DNA from: Candidatus Paceibacter sp.
GTDB lineage: Bacteria; Patescibacteriota; Patescibacteriia; S139-126
Reading direction: 5' to 3'
Assembly (NCBI GenBank): GCA_020724865.1
Contig: DYGA01000001.1
Location: 89,438 to 153,437, forward strand
Length of the DNA stretch: 64,000 bases
Positions 1 through 10,144 of this stretch are shown here, one piece after another. Under the pieces are notes generated by a model that searched no databases, was not told the origin of the DNA, and saw nothing but the letters and a program-made list of their open reading frames with translations. The position numbers and the translations under genes are program-made. Position 1 is the first letter of the stretch, and each line of letters starts with the position of its first letter.

Positions 1-420
1 TCTCACTAAAGTTTCAACTATTTCTAAAGCTTGCTCTCCTGTATCTGGTTGAGAAATTAATAATTCATTGATATTAACGCCAATTTTTTGTGCATACTCT
101 GGATCAAGCGCATGTTCAGCGTCAACAAAAGCAGCAATACCGCCTAATTTTTGCACTTCAGCAACTATATGTTGGGCTAAGGTTGTTTTTCCTGAAGCTT
201 CGGGTCCAAAAATTTCAATTATCCTACCTCTAGGCACACCTCCTACGCCCAAAGCAATGTCTAATGATAAACAGCCAGAGGGTACAACATCCACAACCAT
301 AGTTCGAGCTTGGCCAAATTTCATTATTGAACCTTCGCCAAATTTATTCTTAATCTGTTCCACAGCACTAGCGGCTGCTAAATGTTTATCATTTGAATTG
401 TTATCATTATTTTTTGGCAT
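1..420 (-). CDS. recA: Recombinase RecA, N-terminal part (gene runs off the window start; start codon at 418-420)
   Basis: Reverse-complement translation from 420 reads [37 protein letters not shown]...[71 protein letters not shown]. These are the canonical RecA Walker A and L1 regions. It is absent from the ORF track only because it is truncated by the window edge. Confidence 0.9.
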   Translation of the reverse strand, partial: MPKNNDNNSNDKHLAAASAVEQIKNKFGEGSIMKFGQARTMVVDVVPSGCLSLDIALGVGGVPRGRIIEIFGPEASGKTTLAQHIVAEVQKLGGIAAFVDAEHALDPEYAQKIGVNINELLISQPDTGEQALEIVETLVR

Positions 421-437
421 ATTTTATTTATAAAAAA

Positions 438-1121
438 TTAATTAAATATTTCTGTTCGCCACATTACTCTAACAAATTCTTCTTTAATTGGTCCATTCTT
501 TTTAATAGCTTTAATCTTTAAAATATTAACCCCTGGTTGTAAATCAATTTCTTCTGTAAATAAACCGTTATTGACCGGGACTAATACATTATTAACCATA
601 ACTTCTACTTCTGGGTCTGTTTTACCACTTAAAATAATAGTCGGCACCTCTGTTATAAGATTATCAGTTGGATAATAAATACTCAACTCAGGAGGCATAA
701 AATAAGCCTTAGCCTGCCAACCAATATAACCGATCAATAAAACTAGCAAAAAAACTATTAAAAAATTCCGAATAAACTTAGGCAAAATTATAAAATTTGA
801 TGAAGGTAATGGTAAAGTTTTTTGGAGGCTATTAATGCTACTGGTCGTAAATGAAACTTTGCTTTGTTCATATTTTTTTTCAACTCTTGTCGGATCAAGT
901 TTTACCTCAGAAGCATAACGACGTAAAAAATTTTTTATATAAACTTCACCGGGCAATTTCAACCAATCTTCTGCTTCAATCGCAGTTAAATACTTTTCAG
1001 GAATTGATGTGCGTCTACTTAATTGAGCTAAGCTTAAACCAGCTTCCTGTCTTTTTTTCTTCAATAAATCTCCTAAATTACTACTTTCGTTTTTTATTTT
1101 TTTAACCGTAAATGAAACCAT
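438..1121 (-). CDS. RodZ-like protein: N-terminal XRE-type helix-turn-helix, one TM helix, C-terminal extracytoplasmic domain
   Basis: HTH motif LGDLLKKKRQEAGLSLAQLSRRTSIPEKYLTAIE, a hydrophobic segment FLIVFLLVLLIGYIGW, then a beta-rich C-terminal domain. This is the RodZ (DUF4115-like) architecture. Confidence 0.6.
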   Translation of the reverse strand: MVSFTVKKIKNESSNLGDLLKKKRQEAGLSLAQLSRRTSIPEKYLTAIEAEDWLKLPGEVYIKNFLRRYASEVKLDPTRVEKKYEQSKVSFTTSSINSLQKTLPLPSSNFIILPKFIRNFLIVFLLVLLIGYIGWQAKAYFMPPELSIYYPTDNLITEVPTIILSGKTDPEVEVMVNNVLVPVNNGLFTEEIDLQPGVNILKIKAIKKNGPIKEEFVRVMWRTEIFN

Positions 1122-1131
1122 AAATAAATAC

Positions 1132-3342
1132 TTACTCCTTATTTAATTCTTGTTTTTCAGAATAATTTTGCTCTAACTCATTTTCTACATCCATCTCATA
1201 TTCATCACGTGATATCAATACTTCTCTGGGTTTAGCACCATCTCCAGGACCAACCACACCCTCATTTTCCAATAAATCTAACAATCTAGCCGCCCTGGAA
1301 TACCCCACTCTTAATCTTCTTTGTAAATAAGAAGCTGAAGCCTTTTGCGCTTGAATTACTAAATTTCTAGCTTCATCAAGTAAATCATCTTCGTTACTAC
1401 CATAATCCAAACCATTGATACCTTTGTGCTTCTTTTCAGTAATTGTTTGATCATATTCAACTTCAGTGCCATTTTGATTTTTTATATATTCCGTAATCCG
1501 ATTTATTTCTTCATCTGACACTAAGGCTGATTGCAAACGTTTTGGTTTTGATAAATCTGCTGAAATATAAAGCATGTCACCTTTACCCAATAATTTTTCC
1601 GCGCCCGAACTATCCAAAATAGTTCTAGAATCAGTTTGCGAGGCGACGGCAAAAGCAATCCGAGTAGTAATATTTGCTTTAATGAGTCCAGTAATAACAT
1701 TAACTGATGGTCGTTGAGTTGCCAATATCAAATGAATGCCAACCGCTCGGGCCATTTGGGCTAACCTAATAATAGCAGCTTCTACTTCCTGGGCAGCCAC
1801 CGACATTAGATCAGCTAACTCGTCAATAATGATCACAATATATGGCATTTTTTCATTGGGAAAATCTTGATTATATCCAGCAATATTTTTATGTTTAGTC
1901 TGTGATAATTTAACATACCTTTGATCCATTTCAGCAACTGCCCATTTTAAAGCATTAATAGTTTTTTGTACATCTGTTATCACTGGCGTATAAAGATAAG
2001 GCAAATCATTATAGGCAGATAATTCCACTCGCTTGGGGTCTACCAAAATAAAACGCAAATCTTCAGGATTATTTTGATAAAGTAAACTAACAATAATTGT
2101 ATTGATACAAACTGATTTACCGCTGCCAGTGGCTCCAGCTATCAATAAATGAGGCATTTTATCTAAATTAGCCGTCCAAACTTTACCGGCCACATCCTTG
2201 CCGAGGCCAATGGTTAAATTGCTTTGCCTGGTGGTAAATTCTTTAGAAGTAATAACCTCGCGTAAGGATACGGTGGCAATAGATTCATTGGGCACTTCAA
2301 TGCCAACTAATGATTTCCCCGGAATTGGCGCCTCAATTCTTATGGGATGGGCTGCCAAAGCTAAAGCCAAATCATTATGTAAAGCAGTGATACTAGCTAA
2401 TTTCACTCCTTCCACTGGTCGCAGGGTATATTGAGTTACGGTAGGGCCGACACTAACTTCACCCATTTCAACCTCAATACCAAAATTTTGCAATGCTTTT
2501 TTAATTTTTTCTTTATTAGCTTGAATATCACCGCTAGTTGGTTTAGATCTAGTAGGATTAAGTAGATTAATTGGTAACTCAATTTTAACTGATTTTTTTG
2601 GCACAACAATTAACTCGGCTTGTTCGCCTTGATTTAAATTTAATTCTTTTTTGGAAAATTCAATCTCTGTTGCATTATCTGTCAATTCGTCACTAATGGG
2701 AGTTGTTTCATCCTCTTCTTCATCTTTAACATCTCTGGTTAGGCGATCATCACGATGACTAAAATGAAACCACCAGGAAGAAATTTTTTCTCTCCATAAA
2801 ATTAAATTATCAAACTTAACTAAAATAGATTGAAAAGAGGTATTAAATGTTAAAAATAAACCAATTAAAAGTAAAGCTATTAAAACAATAATAGTTGCCC
2901 AAAAACCAAATAATTTAAAAAGTGGCCATGTCACCAACCAACCAAACCAACCGCCTCCAGCGCCATTAATTAAATTTTGAAATGACATTAATTCATAATC
3001 ACGACTAACATGCAATAAACCAAGCAATGCTAAAAAAAATAAAACTAAACCTAAATAATGATTGGGCTTAACACCAAAACGTTCGCTGTCGATAAATAAA
3101 AAACCAACCAATAAAAAAATAAAAGGAAATAAAAAATAAAGCTTACCAAAAAAATATTTTAAAATTTTTAGTAAATAAATACCTACTACACCTGCCGAAT
3201 CAAATAAACTTAAAATCAATAAAGTGGATAGTAATAATACAAAAACAACTCCGATTGATTTTTTTGTTTCCGGAGATAAATGAAAGTTATTAGTCCAAGT
3301 AAATAATTTACTACCACTAAGATTATATTTTCTTTTTTTCAT
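1132..3342 (-). CDS. ftsK: DNA translocase FtsK/SpoIIIE
   Basis: N-terminal polytopic membrane region, linker, and a C-terminal motor domain with Walker A LIAGATGSGKSVCINTIIVSLL and the FtsK gamma-like tail. Confidence 0.9.
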   Translation of the reverse strand: MKKRKYNLSGSKLFTWTNNFHLSPETKKSIGVVFVLLLSTLLILSLFDSAGVVGIYLLKILKYFFGKLYFLFPFIFLLVGFLFIDSERFGVKPNHYLGLVLFFLALLGLLHVSRDYELMSFQNLINGAGGGWFGWLVTWPLFKLFGFWATIIVLIALLLIGLFLTFNTSFQSILVKFDNLILWREKISSWWFHFSHRDDRLTRDVKDEEEDETTPISDELTDNATEIEFSKKELNLNQGEQAELIVVPKKSVKIELPINLLNPTRSKPTSGDIQANKEKIKKALQNFGIEVEMGEVSVGPTVTQYTLRPVEGVKLASITALHNDLALALAAHPIRIEAPIPGKSLVGIEVPNESIATVSLREVITSKEFTTRQSNLTIGLGKDVAGKVWTANLDKMPHLLIAGATGSGKSVCINTIIVSLLYQNNPEDLRFILVDPKRVELSAYNDLPYLYTPVITDVQKTINALKWAVAEMDQRYVKLSQTKHKNIAGYNQDFPNEKMPYIVIIIDELADLMSVAAQEVEAAIIRLAQMARAVGIHLILATQRPSVNVITGLIKANITTRIAFAVASQTDSRTILDSSGAEKLLGKGDMLYISADLSKPKRLQSALVSDEEINRITEYIKNQNGTEVEYDQTITEKKHKGINGLDYGSNEDDLLDEARNLVIQAQKASASYLQRRLRVGYSRAARLLDLLENEGVVGPGDGAKPREVLISRDEYEMDVENELEQNYSEKQELNKE

Positions 3343-3427
3343 AAAAATCCGAATCTATTACTTGAATATTATAACAAATTAAACGATTTTCAAAAAGATA
3401 ACTGAATAAAATATTTGTCCGCCCTGC

Positions 3428-4300
3428 TTAGGTTATTTCAACTTTTTCTAAATTAATATTTTGTCCCATAAAATTCTTGGCAATATCATTTAAATGAGGA
3501 GTGAGATCGGAAACAAAATATCTAATCTGCTTACGTTTTGACAATGAACGGTCAATATCTGGATTACTCAACAAAAAATCTTTTAATTCCTTGGCTACCT
3601 GTAAAGCCGGGTTTATAATTTTGGCATTTTTCATTTTGGCTGAAATTAAATCATAAATTATTGGATAATGTGTACAACCTAAAATTAAAGTATCAATTTG
3701 TTCTTTTTTTAATGGTTGTAAATATTGTTTGATGATTTTCACTGCTTCGGATTTATAAATATAATTTTCCTCAATCAAAGGTACAAGTAAAGGTGCGATT
3801 TGATAAAATATTTTAATTTTTTGATCTGCAGTTTTTTTTATTTGTTGCTGCCGTCGAACAAAAGCGGGAACATTGATATTGCTGTCTGTTATATTTTCTT
3901 TGCCATGTAAATTTAAAACTTTTAATTCCTTAGTAAAAGCGTTGGAACTGATGGTTGCTCTAGTAGCAATGACGCCAATTCTACCTGATTTAGTAACTTG
4001 TAAAGCAGCCCGCAAAGCTGGTTGAATTACCCCAAAAATTGGGACTGGAAAATTATTTCGCAAATTTTCTAAAGCAACAGCGGAAACTGTATTACAAGCA
4101 ACGACAATTATTTTTGCTCCCATTTTAATTAAAAAATTAGCATCTTCTTGAGCATATTGGTTTATTAAAGCCGATGATCTATTGCCATATGGCACCCTAG
4201 CTGTATCACCAAAATATACTAAATCATAAAAAGGTAATAATCTTTTTATCTCTTTTAATACCGTCAAACCGCCTATCCCAGAATCAAAAATACCGATCAT
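3428..4300 (-). CDS. murI: Glutamate racemase
   Basis: IGIFDSGIGGLTV, ACNTVSAV and GCTHYP motifs. Confidence 0.85.
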   Translation of the reverse strand: MIGIFDSGIGGLTVLKEIKRLLPFYDLVYFGDTARVPYGNRSSALINQYAQEDANFLIKMGAKIIVVACNTVSAVALENLRNNFPVPIFGVIQPALRAALQVTKSGRIGVIATRATISSNAFTKELKVLNLHGKENITDSNINVPAFVRRQQQIKKTADQKIKIFYQIAPLLVPLIEENYIYKSEAVKIIKQYLQPLKKEQIDTLILGCTHYPIIYDLISAKMKNAKIINPALQVAKELKDFLLSNPDIDRSLSKRKQIRYFVSDLTPHLNDIAKNFMGQNINLEKVEIT

Positions 4301-4332
4301 AATAATTTAATTTAATAATAAAACAAACAATG

Positions 4333-5685
4333 TTAATTTTTTTCAGCTTCTCCCTGTATAACTCCTAATACTAAGTTAGTTTTATTTTTTAATAACTGTT
4401 CATTATTTGCTTCGACTGTAACTCTTAATAGCGGTTCTGTGTTTGATGGACGGACATTGAACCACCAATCATTATATTCTACAGTAATCCCATCGGTAAA
4501 ATCTTGTTGACCATCTGAAAAATAATTTTTAATAACATCTATTTTTTCTTCGCTGTTGGTTACTGGTAAATTTATTTCAGCATTTTTGGCATACTTGTAA
4601 AAAGGTTTGACAACCGCTGATAAAGGCTGATTATATTCTGATAACAGTTGCATCATTATCAACCAAGAAATAAAACCAGAATCACTATAAAAATTATCTC
4701 GAAATGAATAATGTGCTGATAGTTCACCACCCATTATTCCATCCGCCGTCCGCATATTGTTCGCAATATTGATATAGCCGGCTGGTGATTTAATAGGCCT
4801 ACCGCCCCATTCACTAATTTTTTCCGGCACTATTTTTGAACAAATTACATTATAAACAATGCCCGCTCCCGGTTCTCTAGTTAAAAACATTTTAGCTAGC
4901 AGTAATAAAGTTATGTCAGCTCTAATAAAATTACCTAATTCATCAATAAAAAACAGTCGGTCAGTATCACCATCAAAAATTACTCCAAAATTTGCCTTAG
5001 TGGCAACTGTCTGTTCACTAATTTGAATCTGACTTTCCGGTAAAAGCGGGTTAGACGGATGAACAGGAAAACTGCCATCTAAATTAAAATTTAGAGGAAC
5101 TATTTGTATTGGTAAGTGTTTAGCCAATAAAGGAACAATTTTTCCAGCCATACCGTTTCCGGCATCAACCACCACTTTAAATGGTTTTATTTTATTGATG
5201 TCAACAAAAGATAAAACATGATCAATATATTTATTTAAAATATCAACTTTTTCAATTTGCCCTTTTTTAATATTTTCTAATGGTGGCAAATTTATAACTT
5301 CATCTTTTAATTCTATGCCTCTAACCCAATTCATCCCAGTAAATACCATTTTAAAACCATTATACTCAGCAGGATTGTGCGAAGCTGTTATCATTACCGC
5401 AGCGTCATAACCTAATTTCCCCACGGTAAAATAAGTGGCATCTATTGAAACCAAACCAATATCAACTGCAGTTAATCCCTCATCAGTAATACCACGAATT
5501 AATTCAGTTTTTAAAACCGGACCTGACAATCTCATATCACTACCCACTACTATTTTTTTACAACCATATTTTGTTTTCCCTCGTCTGGCCAAAGCCCGGC
5601 CAATACTATAAGCTGCTTCTTCATTTAATTCAGTGGGGTAAATACCACGAATATCATAAGCTTTGAATATTTTCTCATTTATCAT
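4333..5685 (-). CDS. glmM: Alpha-D-phosphohexomutase family (phosphoglucosamine mutase / phosphomannomutase)
   Basis: Active-site TASHNPAEYNGFK serine loop and a DGDTDR metal-binding loop. GlmM versus ManB specificity cannot be decided from sequence alone. Confidence 0.75.
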   Translation of the reverse strand: MINEKIFKAYDIRGIYPTELNEEAAYSIGRALARRGKTKYGCKKIVVGSDMRLSGPVLKTELIRGITDEGLTAVDIGLVSIDATYFTVGKLGYDAAVMITASHNPAEYNGFKMVFTGMNWVRGIELKDEVINLPPLENIKKGQIEKVDILNKYIDHVLSFVDINKIKPFKVVVDAGNGMAGKIVPLLAKHLPIQIVPLNFNLDGSFPVHPSNPLLPESQIQISEQTVATKANFGVIFDGDTDRLFFIDELGNFIRADITLLLLAKMFLTREPGAGIVYNVICSKIVPEKISEWGGRPIKSPAGYINIANNMRTADGIMGGELSAHYSFRDNFYSDSGFISWLIMMQLLSEYNQPLSAVVKPFYKYAKNAEINLPVTNSEEKIDVIKNYFSDGQQDFTDGITVEYNDWWFNVRPSNTEPLLRVTVEANNEQLLKNKTNLVLGVIQGEAEKN

Positions 5686-5783
5686 TTTTTTATAAATATA
5701 ATCTTTAGCAATATAATCCTAGCAAATAAACCAAAAGAAAAAAACCCGCCTTTGAAAAGCGGGTTTTTAAAAAAACATAATCT

Positions 5784-7325
5784 TTATTGAGCGGATTCCA
5801 TAATTTTTATTGGTCCACCCCAATCATTTGCCGACAATAAATCTTTAGCTAGTGGTACAACTACTGCTTTTTTATAAACATCAACTTCGGCTGGTTTGTC
5901 TAAAATCGGAAATATCAAAGCCGGAATATATAGCTCATCACCTTCAGAAGCCCCTGGTTTAAAATTCCACATTCTAATATAAGAAATTATAGGCGTACCC
6001 AAACCAACTTCCACCCGATTAGGAGCATCTTCCCACTGCCAACTGTAAAGTCCTCCTCGTTCGGCATACTTTAAAATGGTATCAACGTTGGTTTCCGCAT
6101 CATACAGAGAACTTTGGTAATTCTGAGCAAATAGATTCCATACACCAGTTGCTTTTTTATACCTAATATTTACATTGACATAAAGACCGGTTTTATTACC
6201 ACTCTCATCATATACTTCTTTACCTTGTAAAATTTGTGGATAAACTACTGAAACCACTTCAGGAATATAAACATCTTGTTTATTTTCTGCTCGTTCATAC
6301 CAAACTCGCCAATCATTATTTACTATCGGTTCACCATAAGAACTGGTATTAATTCCATAATTACTAATAAACTCATTAGCTAAAGCAATAATCTCTTCAT
6401 CTGAAAGCATATCATTGATACTTAACTGAAAACTTCGATAACAAGCGTCATCCTGACACTGACTCATCGGATTTGGCCACTTAGGATAATTTTCTGACAC
6501 CGAGATACTGCTATCATATAAATTAGCATAAATGGAATAACCAAATTCACGATCTTCAACAAAATTTAAATTTTGTAATTGAATATTGGTAAATTTACCA
6601 AGATCCATTAGACCAAAATCAACTCCAGTAAGTAAAGAACCTAACTGACTAGCACTAGCAGAATTTTTTACTCTTTTTAATACTCCAACTTTATCTTGAT
6701 TTAATTCTAAAGGTTCGCCTTTATAAACATAAGATATATAAACTGGCGCAGGCATAATCATTCCGCCACCGCCAAAACCAGGCTCAACTGAAGTGGCTAC
6801 TTTGTCTCCGGTCGCCACTGCTTCGGGAACTGTTTCTGACCTAACAGCTAAACTGCCTTCACCCATTCCTCCAGCCCCTAAACCTTCAACCCCAGCTGGT
6901 AATCCAGTATTTTGTGGCTGTAAAACCCCGAAGGCTCGATCAGAAACTTCTACCAAATTAAATTGTGAATTCAATGCTAATTTAGTTCCAGCCACACGAA
7001 ATTTAGGAGAAGTTAAATAAAAACTTGAACTAATAGCTAAGGCCATTACAGCTACGCCGACTGCTACGTAAGAGAAACTACGAGCAAATTTAAGAAAAGA
7101 AAATTTAAACATATATTTATCATTTAATTTTTTAGTATTTTTAATAGTATTTGCTTTTGCCAACAATTGAACTTTTAATTGCTGACGAAAACTTTCATCA
7201 AGCGAAACATCTGGTTTAGATTTAATTAATTCTTCCATAAGATTTATTAATTGCTTTTCATATTTTTTTAAATCCGGATCATTTTGATAAAGCTCGGTCA
7301 ATATTTCTTGATAAAAATTTTCCAT
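5784..7325 (-). CDS. Membrane protein co-transcribed with the ECF sigma factor; putative anti-sigma factor with a large extracytoplasmic domain
   Basis: Its start lies 2 nt after the sigma gene stop. It has an ~80-aa cytoplasmic N-terminus, a single TM (FARSFSYVAVGVAVMALAISSSFYL) and a ~400-aa external domain. The anti-sigma role is inferred from synteny only. Confidence 0.4.
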   Translation of the reverse strand: MENFYQEILTELYQNDPDLKKYEKQLINLMEELIKSKPDVSLDESFRQQLKVQLLAKANTIKNTKKLNDKYMFKFSFLKFARSFSYVAVGVAVMALAISSSFYLTSPKFRVAGTKLALNSQFNLVEVSDRAFGVLQPQNTGLPAGVEGLGAGGMGEGSLAVRSETVPEAVATGDKVATSVEPGFGGGGMIMPAPVYISYVYKGEPLELNQDKVGVLKRVKNSASASQLGSLLTGVDFGLMDLGKFTNIQLQNLNFVEDREFGYSIYANLYDSSISVSENYPKWPNPMSQCQDDACYRSFQLSINDMLSDEEIIALANEFISNYGINTSSYGEPIVNNDWRVWYERAENKQDVYIPEVVSVVYPQILQGKEVYDESGNKTGLYVNVNIRYKKATGVWNLFAQNYQSSLYDAETNVDTILKYAERGGLYSWQWEDAPNRVEVGLGTPIISYIRMWNFKPGASEGDELYIPALIFPILDKPAEVDVYKKAVVVPLAKDLLSANDWGGPIKIMESAQ

Positions 7326-7326
7326 A

Positions 7327-7899
7327 TTATAAATAATTAATTATTAAAGCAAATAAAAGTAAAATAATTTCATCTTGCATTTTAATAAGTGCTCGAGAAA
7401 AAATCATTTTACAACTAGCCTCAGTTTTACCAAGTAAACTAGCTATTTCTTGGTAAGGTAAATTGTCCCACAATCTTAGAAGTACAACCTCTCTCTGTTC
7501 TGGCTGAAGTTTATTGATATATTTTTGCACTTTAAGTAATAATTCACGATTATCAAATTCAGCTACCAAATCCGTTTTATCTCCTAAGTGCCAAGCATCG
7601 ACTAAATCTTCTTCAGGATAAGAATTCCGGTAGTGGTCAATGACTGTATTGCGGGCAATTTGATATAACCAGGTGGCAAATAATCCTTTTTCGCTATCAT
7701 AAGTGTTAATTTTTTCTAAAGCTTTCATAAAAGTTTGACTGGTCAAATCTTCGGCTGTTTCAGTATGCATAGTTTTGTAATAAATAAAACGATATATTTT
7801 ATCTACGAACATCTCATACAAAATTGCAAATTTTTCTAACTCTCCTCTTTGACAAGCGGAGATTGCTTCAGTTTGATTTGTATCCATGTTTTTCCCCAA
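7327..7899 (-). CDS. RNA polymerase sigma-70 factor, ECF subfamily
   Basis: Region 2 (YRFIYYKTMH...FATWLYQIARNTVIDHYR) and region 4 (VVLLRLWDNLPYQEIASLLGKTEASCKMIFSRALIKM). Confidence 0.85.
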   Translation of the reverse strand: MGKNMDTNQTEAISACQRGELEKFAILYEMFVDKIYRFIYYKTMHTETAEDLTSQTFMKALEKINTYDSEKGLFATWLYQIARNTVIDHYRNSYPEEDLVDAWHLGDKTDLVAEFDNRELLLKVQKYINKLQPEQREVVLLRLWDNLPYQEIASLLGKTEASCKMIFSRALIKMQDEIILLLFALIINYL

Positions 7900-8068
7900 A
7901 TTAAATATAAAGGTTTGCCTTGGCTATAATATCCTTGGCGGCGCGCCCGCCTAAATATATTTCGCCTTAATTTTACACTTATCATAACATTTTCTATTAA
8001 TTTTCTCACCTCTATATTTAAATACGTTATAAAAAGCTAAAAGTAACAGAAAAATTAAATTTGTTTGC

Positions 8069-8074
8069 TATAAT
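8069..8074 (+). promoter_or_regulatory. -10 box TATAAT within TTGCTATAAT, ending 6 nt before the uvrD ATG (probable leaderless transcript)
   Basis: tttgcTATAATaacccATG with no Shine-Dalgarno sequence. The same TTGCTATAAT arrangement occurs 6 nt upstream of rluD and ~70 nt upstream of tRNA-Ile. Confidence 0.5.
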
Positions 8075-8080
8075 AACCCT

Positions 8081-10090
8081 ATGACTAAAAAAATCTATAA
8101 TCTACGTACAACCAAACCAACAAAAATTCAACTTGATTACACTAAAGACTTAAATGCTGAACAGCAGTTAGTGGTAAAATCAGCCGATGGGCCCTGTTTG
8201 GTATTGGCTGGAGCCGGCAGTGGTAAAACCAGAACCTTAGTATATAGAGTGGCCTACTTACTAGAAAAAGGGGTACCGGCTGACAAAATTCTACTAATGA
8301 CTTTTACCAATAAAGCAGCTAAAGAAATGTTATGGCGCGTTGAGCAATTGCTTGGCTTTAAACCTCAGCAACTTTGGGGAGGAACCTTTCATCATATTGG
8401 CAATATGCTCTTAAGAAAATACATTCAACATCTAGGTTATAATCAAAATTATTCCATCTTTGATGAAGATGATGCAGAAACTTTATTACAATCTATCATA
8501 GCAGAAAAAAATATTAAAAAAGATAAATATTTCCCCAAAAGTGGGGTTTTGAAAAATCTTATTAGTTATAGCAAAAATTCTGGGCAACCAATAGAAAAAA
8601 TATATAAAGAAAAATTTTCTTACTTAAAAACAAACATCCTGCCTGATATTATTGACATAACTTATATTTATGAACAGCGAAAAAAACAACACAACGCTTT
8701 AGACTATGACGATTTATTGTTATTGTGGCTAAAATTAATGGAAACAAAACCTGTTGTAAGAAAGGAGATAATCAAAAAATTTCAATATATTTTGGTAGAT
8801 GAATATCAAGACACTAATCATTTACAAGCTAAAATTATTGAACACTTAAGCCAACAGCATAAAAATATTTTAGTAGTTGGAGATGACGCTCAAAGTATTT
8901 ACTCTTTTCGAGCTGCGGATATTAGCAATATTCTACAATTTCCTAAAAAAATATCTGGTACAAAAATTTTTAAACTAGAAAATAACTATCGCTCAACGCC
9001 AGAAATCTTAAAATTAGCCAACAATTCAATTAAAAATAATCTACATCAATTTCCCAAAAACTTAAAAGCTACCAGAGCCAGCGGGGAAAAACCAATCTTA
9101 ATACCCGCCCAAAATATTGAACAACAAGCACAATTTATTTCCCAAAGGATTATTGAACTCACAGAAGAAGGCTATAAATTACGAGATATAGCCGTTTTAT
9201 TTCGAGCTGATTTTCATGCTTTGGAACTTGAAATAGAATTAAACAAAAAAAATATACCCTATATTAAAAGGGGGGGAATAAAATTTTTTGAACAAGCTCA
9301 TCTTAAAGACATAATTTCTTTTTTAAAAATTTTACATAACCCTCATGATGAAATTGCCTGGACCAGAATTCTCAATCTTCAAGTTGGCATTGGCCGAGTC
9401 GGAGCACAAAAAATTATCAATCAATTTACCAGTCTTACTTTGGATAAAATATTAAATACAGACTTTATTTTACCTGCCAATTTAAAATCTACTTGGCAAA
9501 AATTTAAAACTGATTTAAATAAATTTTTTAATCATGATAAAAATGATATTGATGGTTGTATTAGAGAATTAATGTCATCATTCTATACGGTTTATCTGCA
9601 AACTAAATACGACAACGCTACCAAAAGAATCGAAGACATTGAACAACTAGAAAATTTCGCTTCAAATTATCAGCAACTTGAACAATTTTTGTCAGACATA
9701 TCTTTATCAGAAAACTTTCGCGCCGATGAAGTTAATCCTGAAAAAAATGAACCAGAAGATTTTTTAATTTTATCTACCATTCATCAAGCTAAAGGTTTAG
9801 AATGGCCGGTGGTATTTATTATAAATCTGGTTAGCGGACAATTTCCTCATGCCAAAGCTATGGAAAATAATGAGGAATTTGAAGAAGAAAGAAGATTATT
9901 TTATGTAGCTACTACCAGAGCTCAAAATTTATTATATATGGTTTATCCTAATATACTGTATAATCAATATTATGGTTTTATTTTTAGTCAACCTTCCGAA
10001 TTTATTCAAGAATTAGATAGTAACCTATATGATATTTGGAATATAACTACAACTGAGGATGAAGATTTGCCTACGATTGAATATCAATGA
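8081..10090 (+). CDS. uvrD: ATP-dependent DNA helicase UvrD/PcrA/Rep family
   Basis: Walker A LAGAGSGKTRTLVYRVAYL, motif II VDEYQDTN and helicase motifs V/VI. Confidence 0.9.
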   Translation: MTKKIYNLRTTKPTKIQLDYTKDLNAEQQLVVKSADGPCLVLAGAGSGKTRTLVYRVAYLLEKGVPADKILLMTFTNKAAKEMLWRVEQLLGFKPQQLWGGTFHHIGNMLLRKYIQHLGYNQNYSIFDEDDAETLLQSIIAEKNIKKDKYFPKSGVLKNLISYSKNSGQPIEKIYKEKFSYLKTNILPDIIDITYIYEQRKKQHNALDYDDLLLLWLKLMETKPVVRKEIIKKFQYILVDEYQDTNHLQAKIIEHLSQQHKNILVVGDDAQSIYSFRAADISNILQFPKKISGTKIFKLENNYRSTPEILKLANNSIKNNLHQFPKNLKATRASGEKPILIPAQNIEQQAQFISQRIIELTEEGYKLRDIAVLFRADFHALELEIELNKKNIPYIKRGGIKFFEQAHLKDIISFLKILHNPHDEIAWTRILNLQVGIGRVGAQKIINQFTSLTLDKILNTDFILPANLKSTWQKFKTDLNKFFNHDKNDIDGCIRELMSSFYTVYLQTKYDNATKRIEDIEQLENFASNYQQLEQFLSDISLSENFRADEVNPEKNEPEDFLILSTIHQAKGLEWPVVFIINLVSGQFPHAKAMENNEEFEEERRLFYVATTRAQNLLYMVYPNILYNQYYGFIFSQPSEFIQELDSNLYDIWNITTTEDEDLPTIEYQ

Positions 10091-10144
10091 GGCAAAATAC
10101 ATAAAATTGTGCTAAAATAAAAACGATTAATAATTATTAATTTT

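Noticed and set aside
68-433. Plus-strand 121-aa ORF from the ORF track
   Set aside because: It is the antisense shadow of recA, which reads cleanly on the minus strand with canonical RecA motifs.
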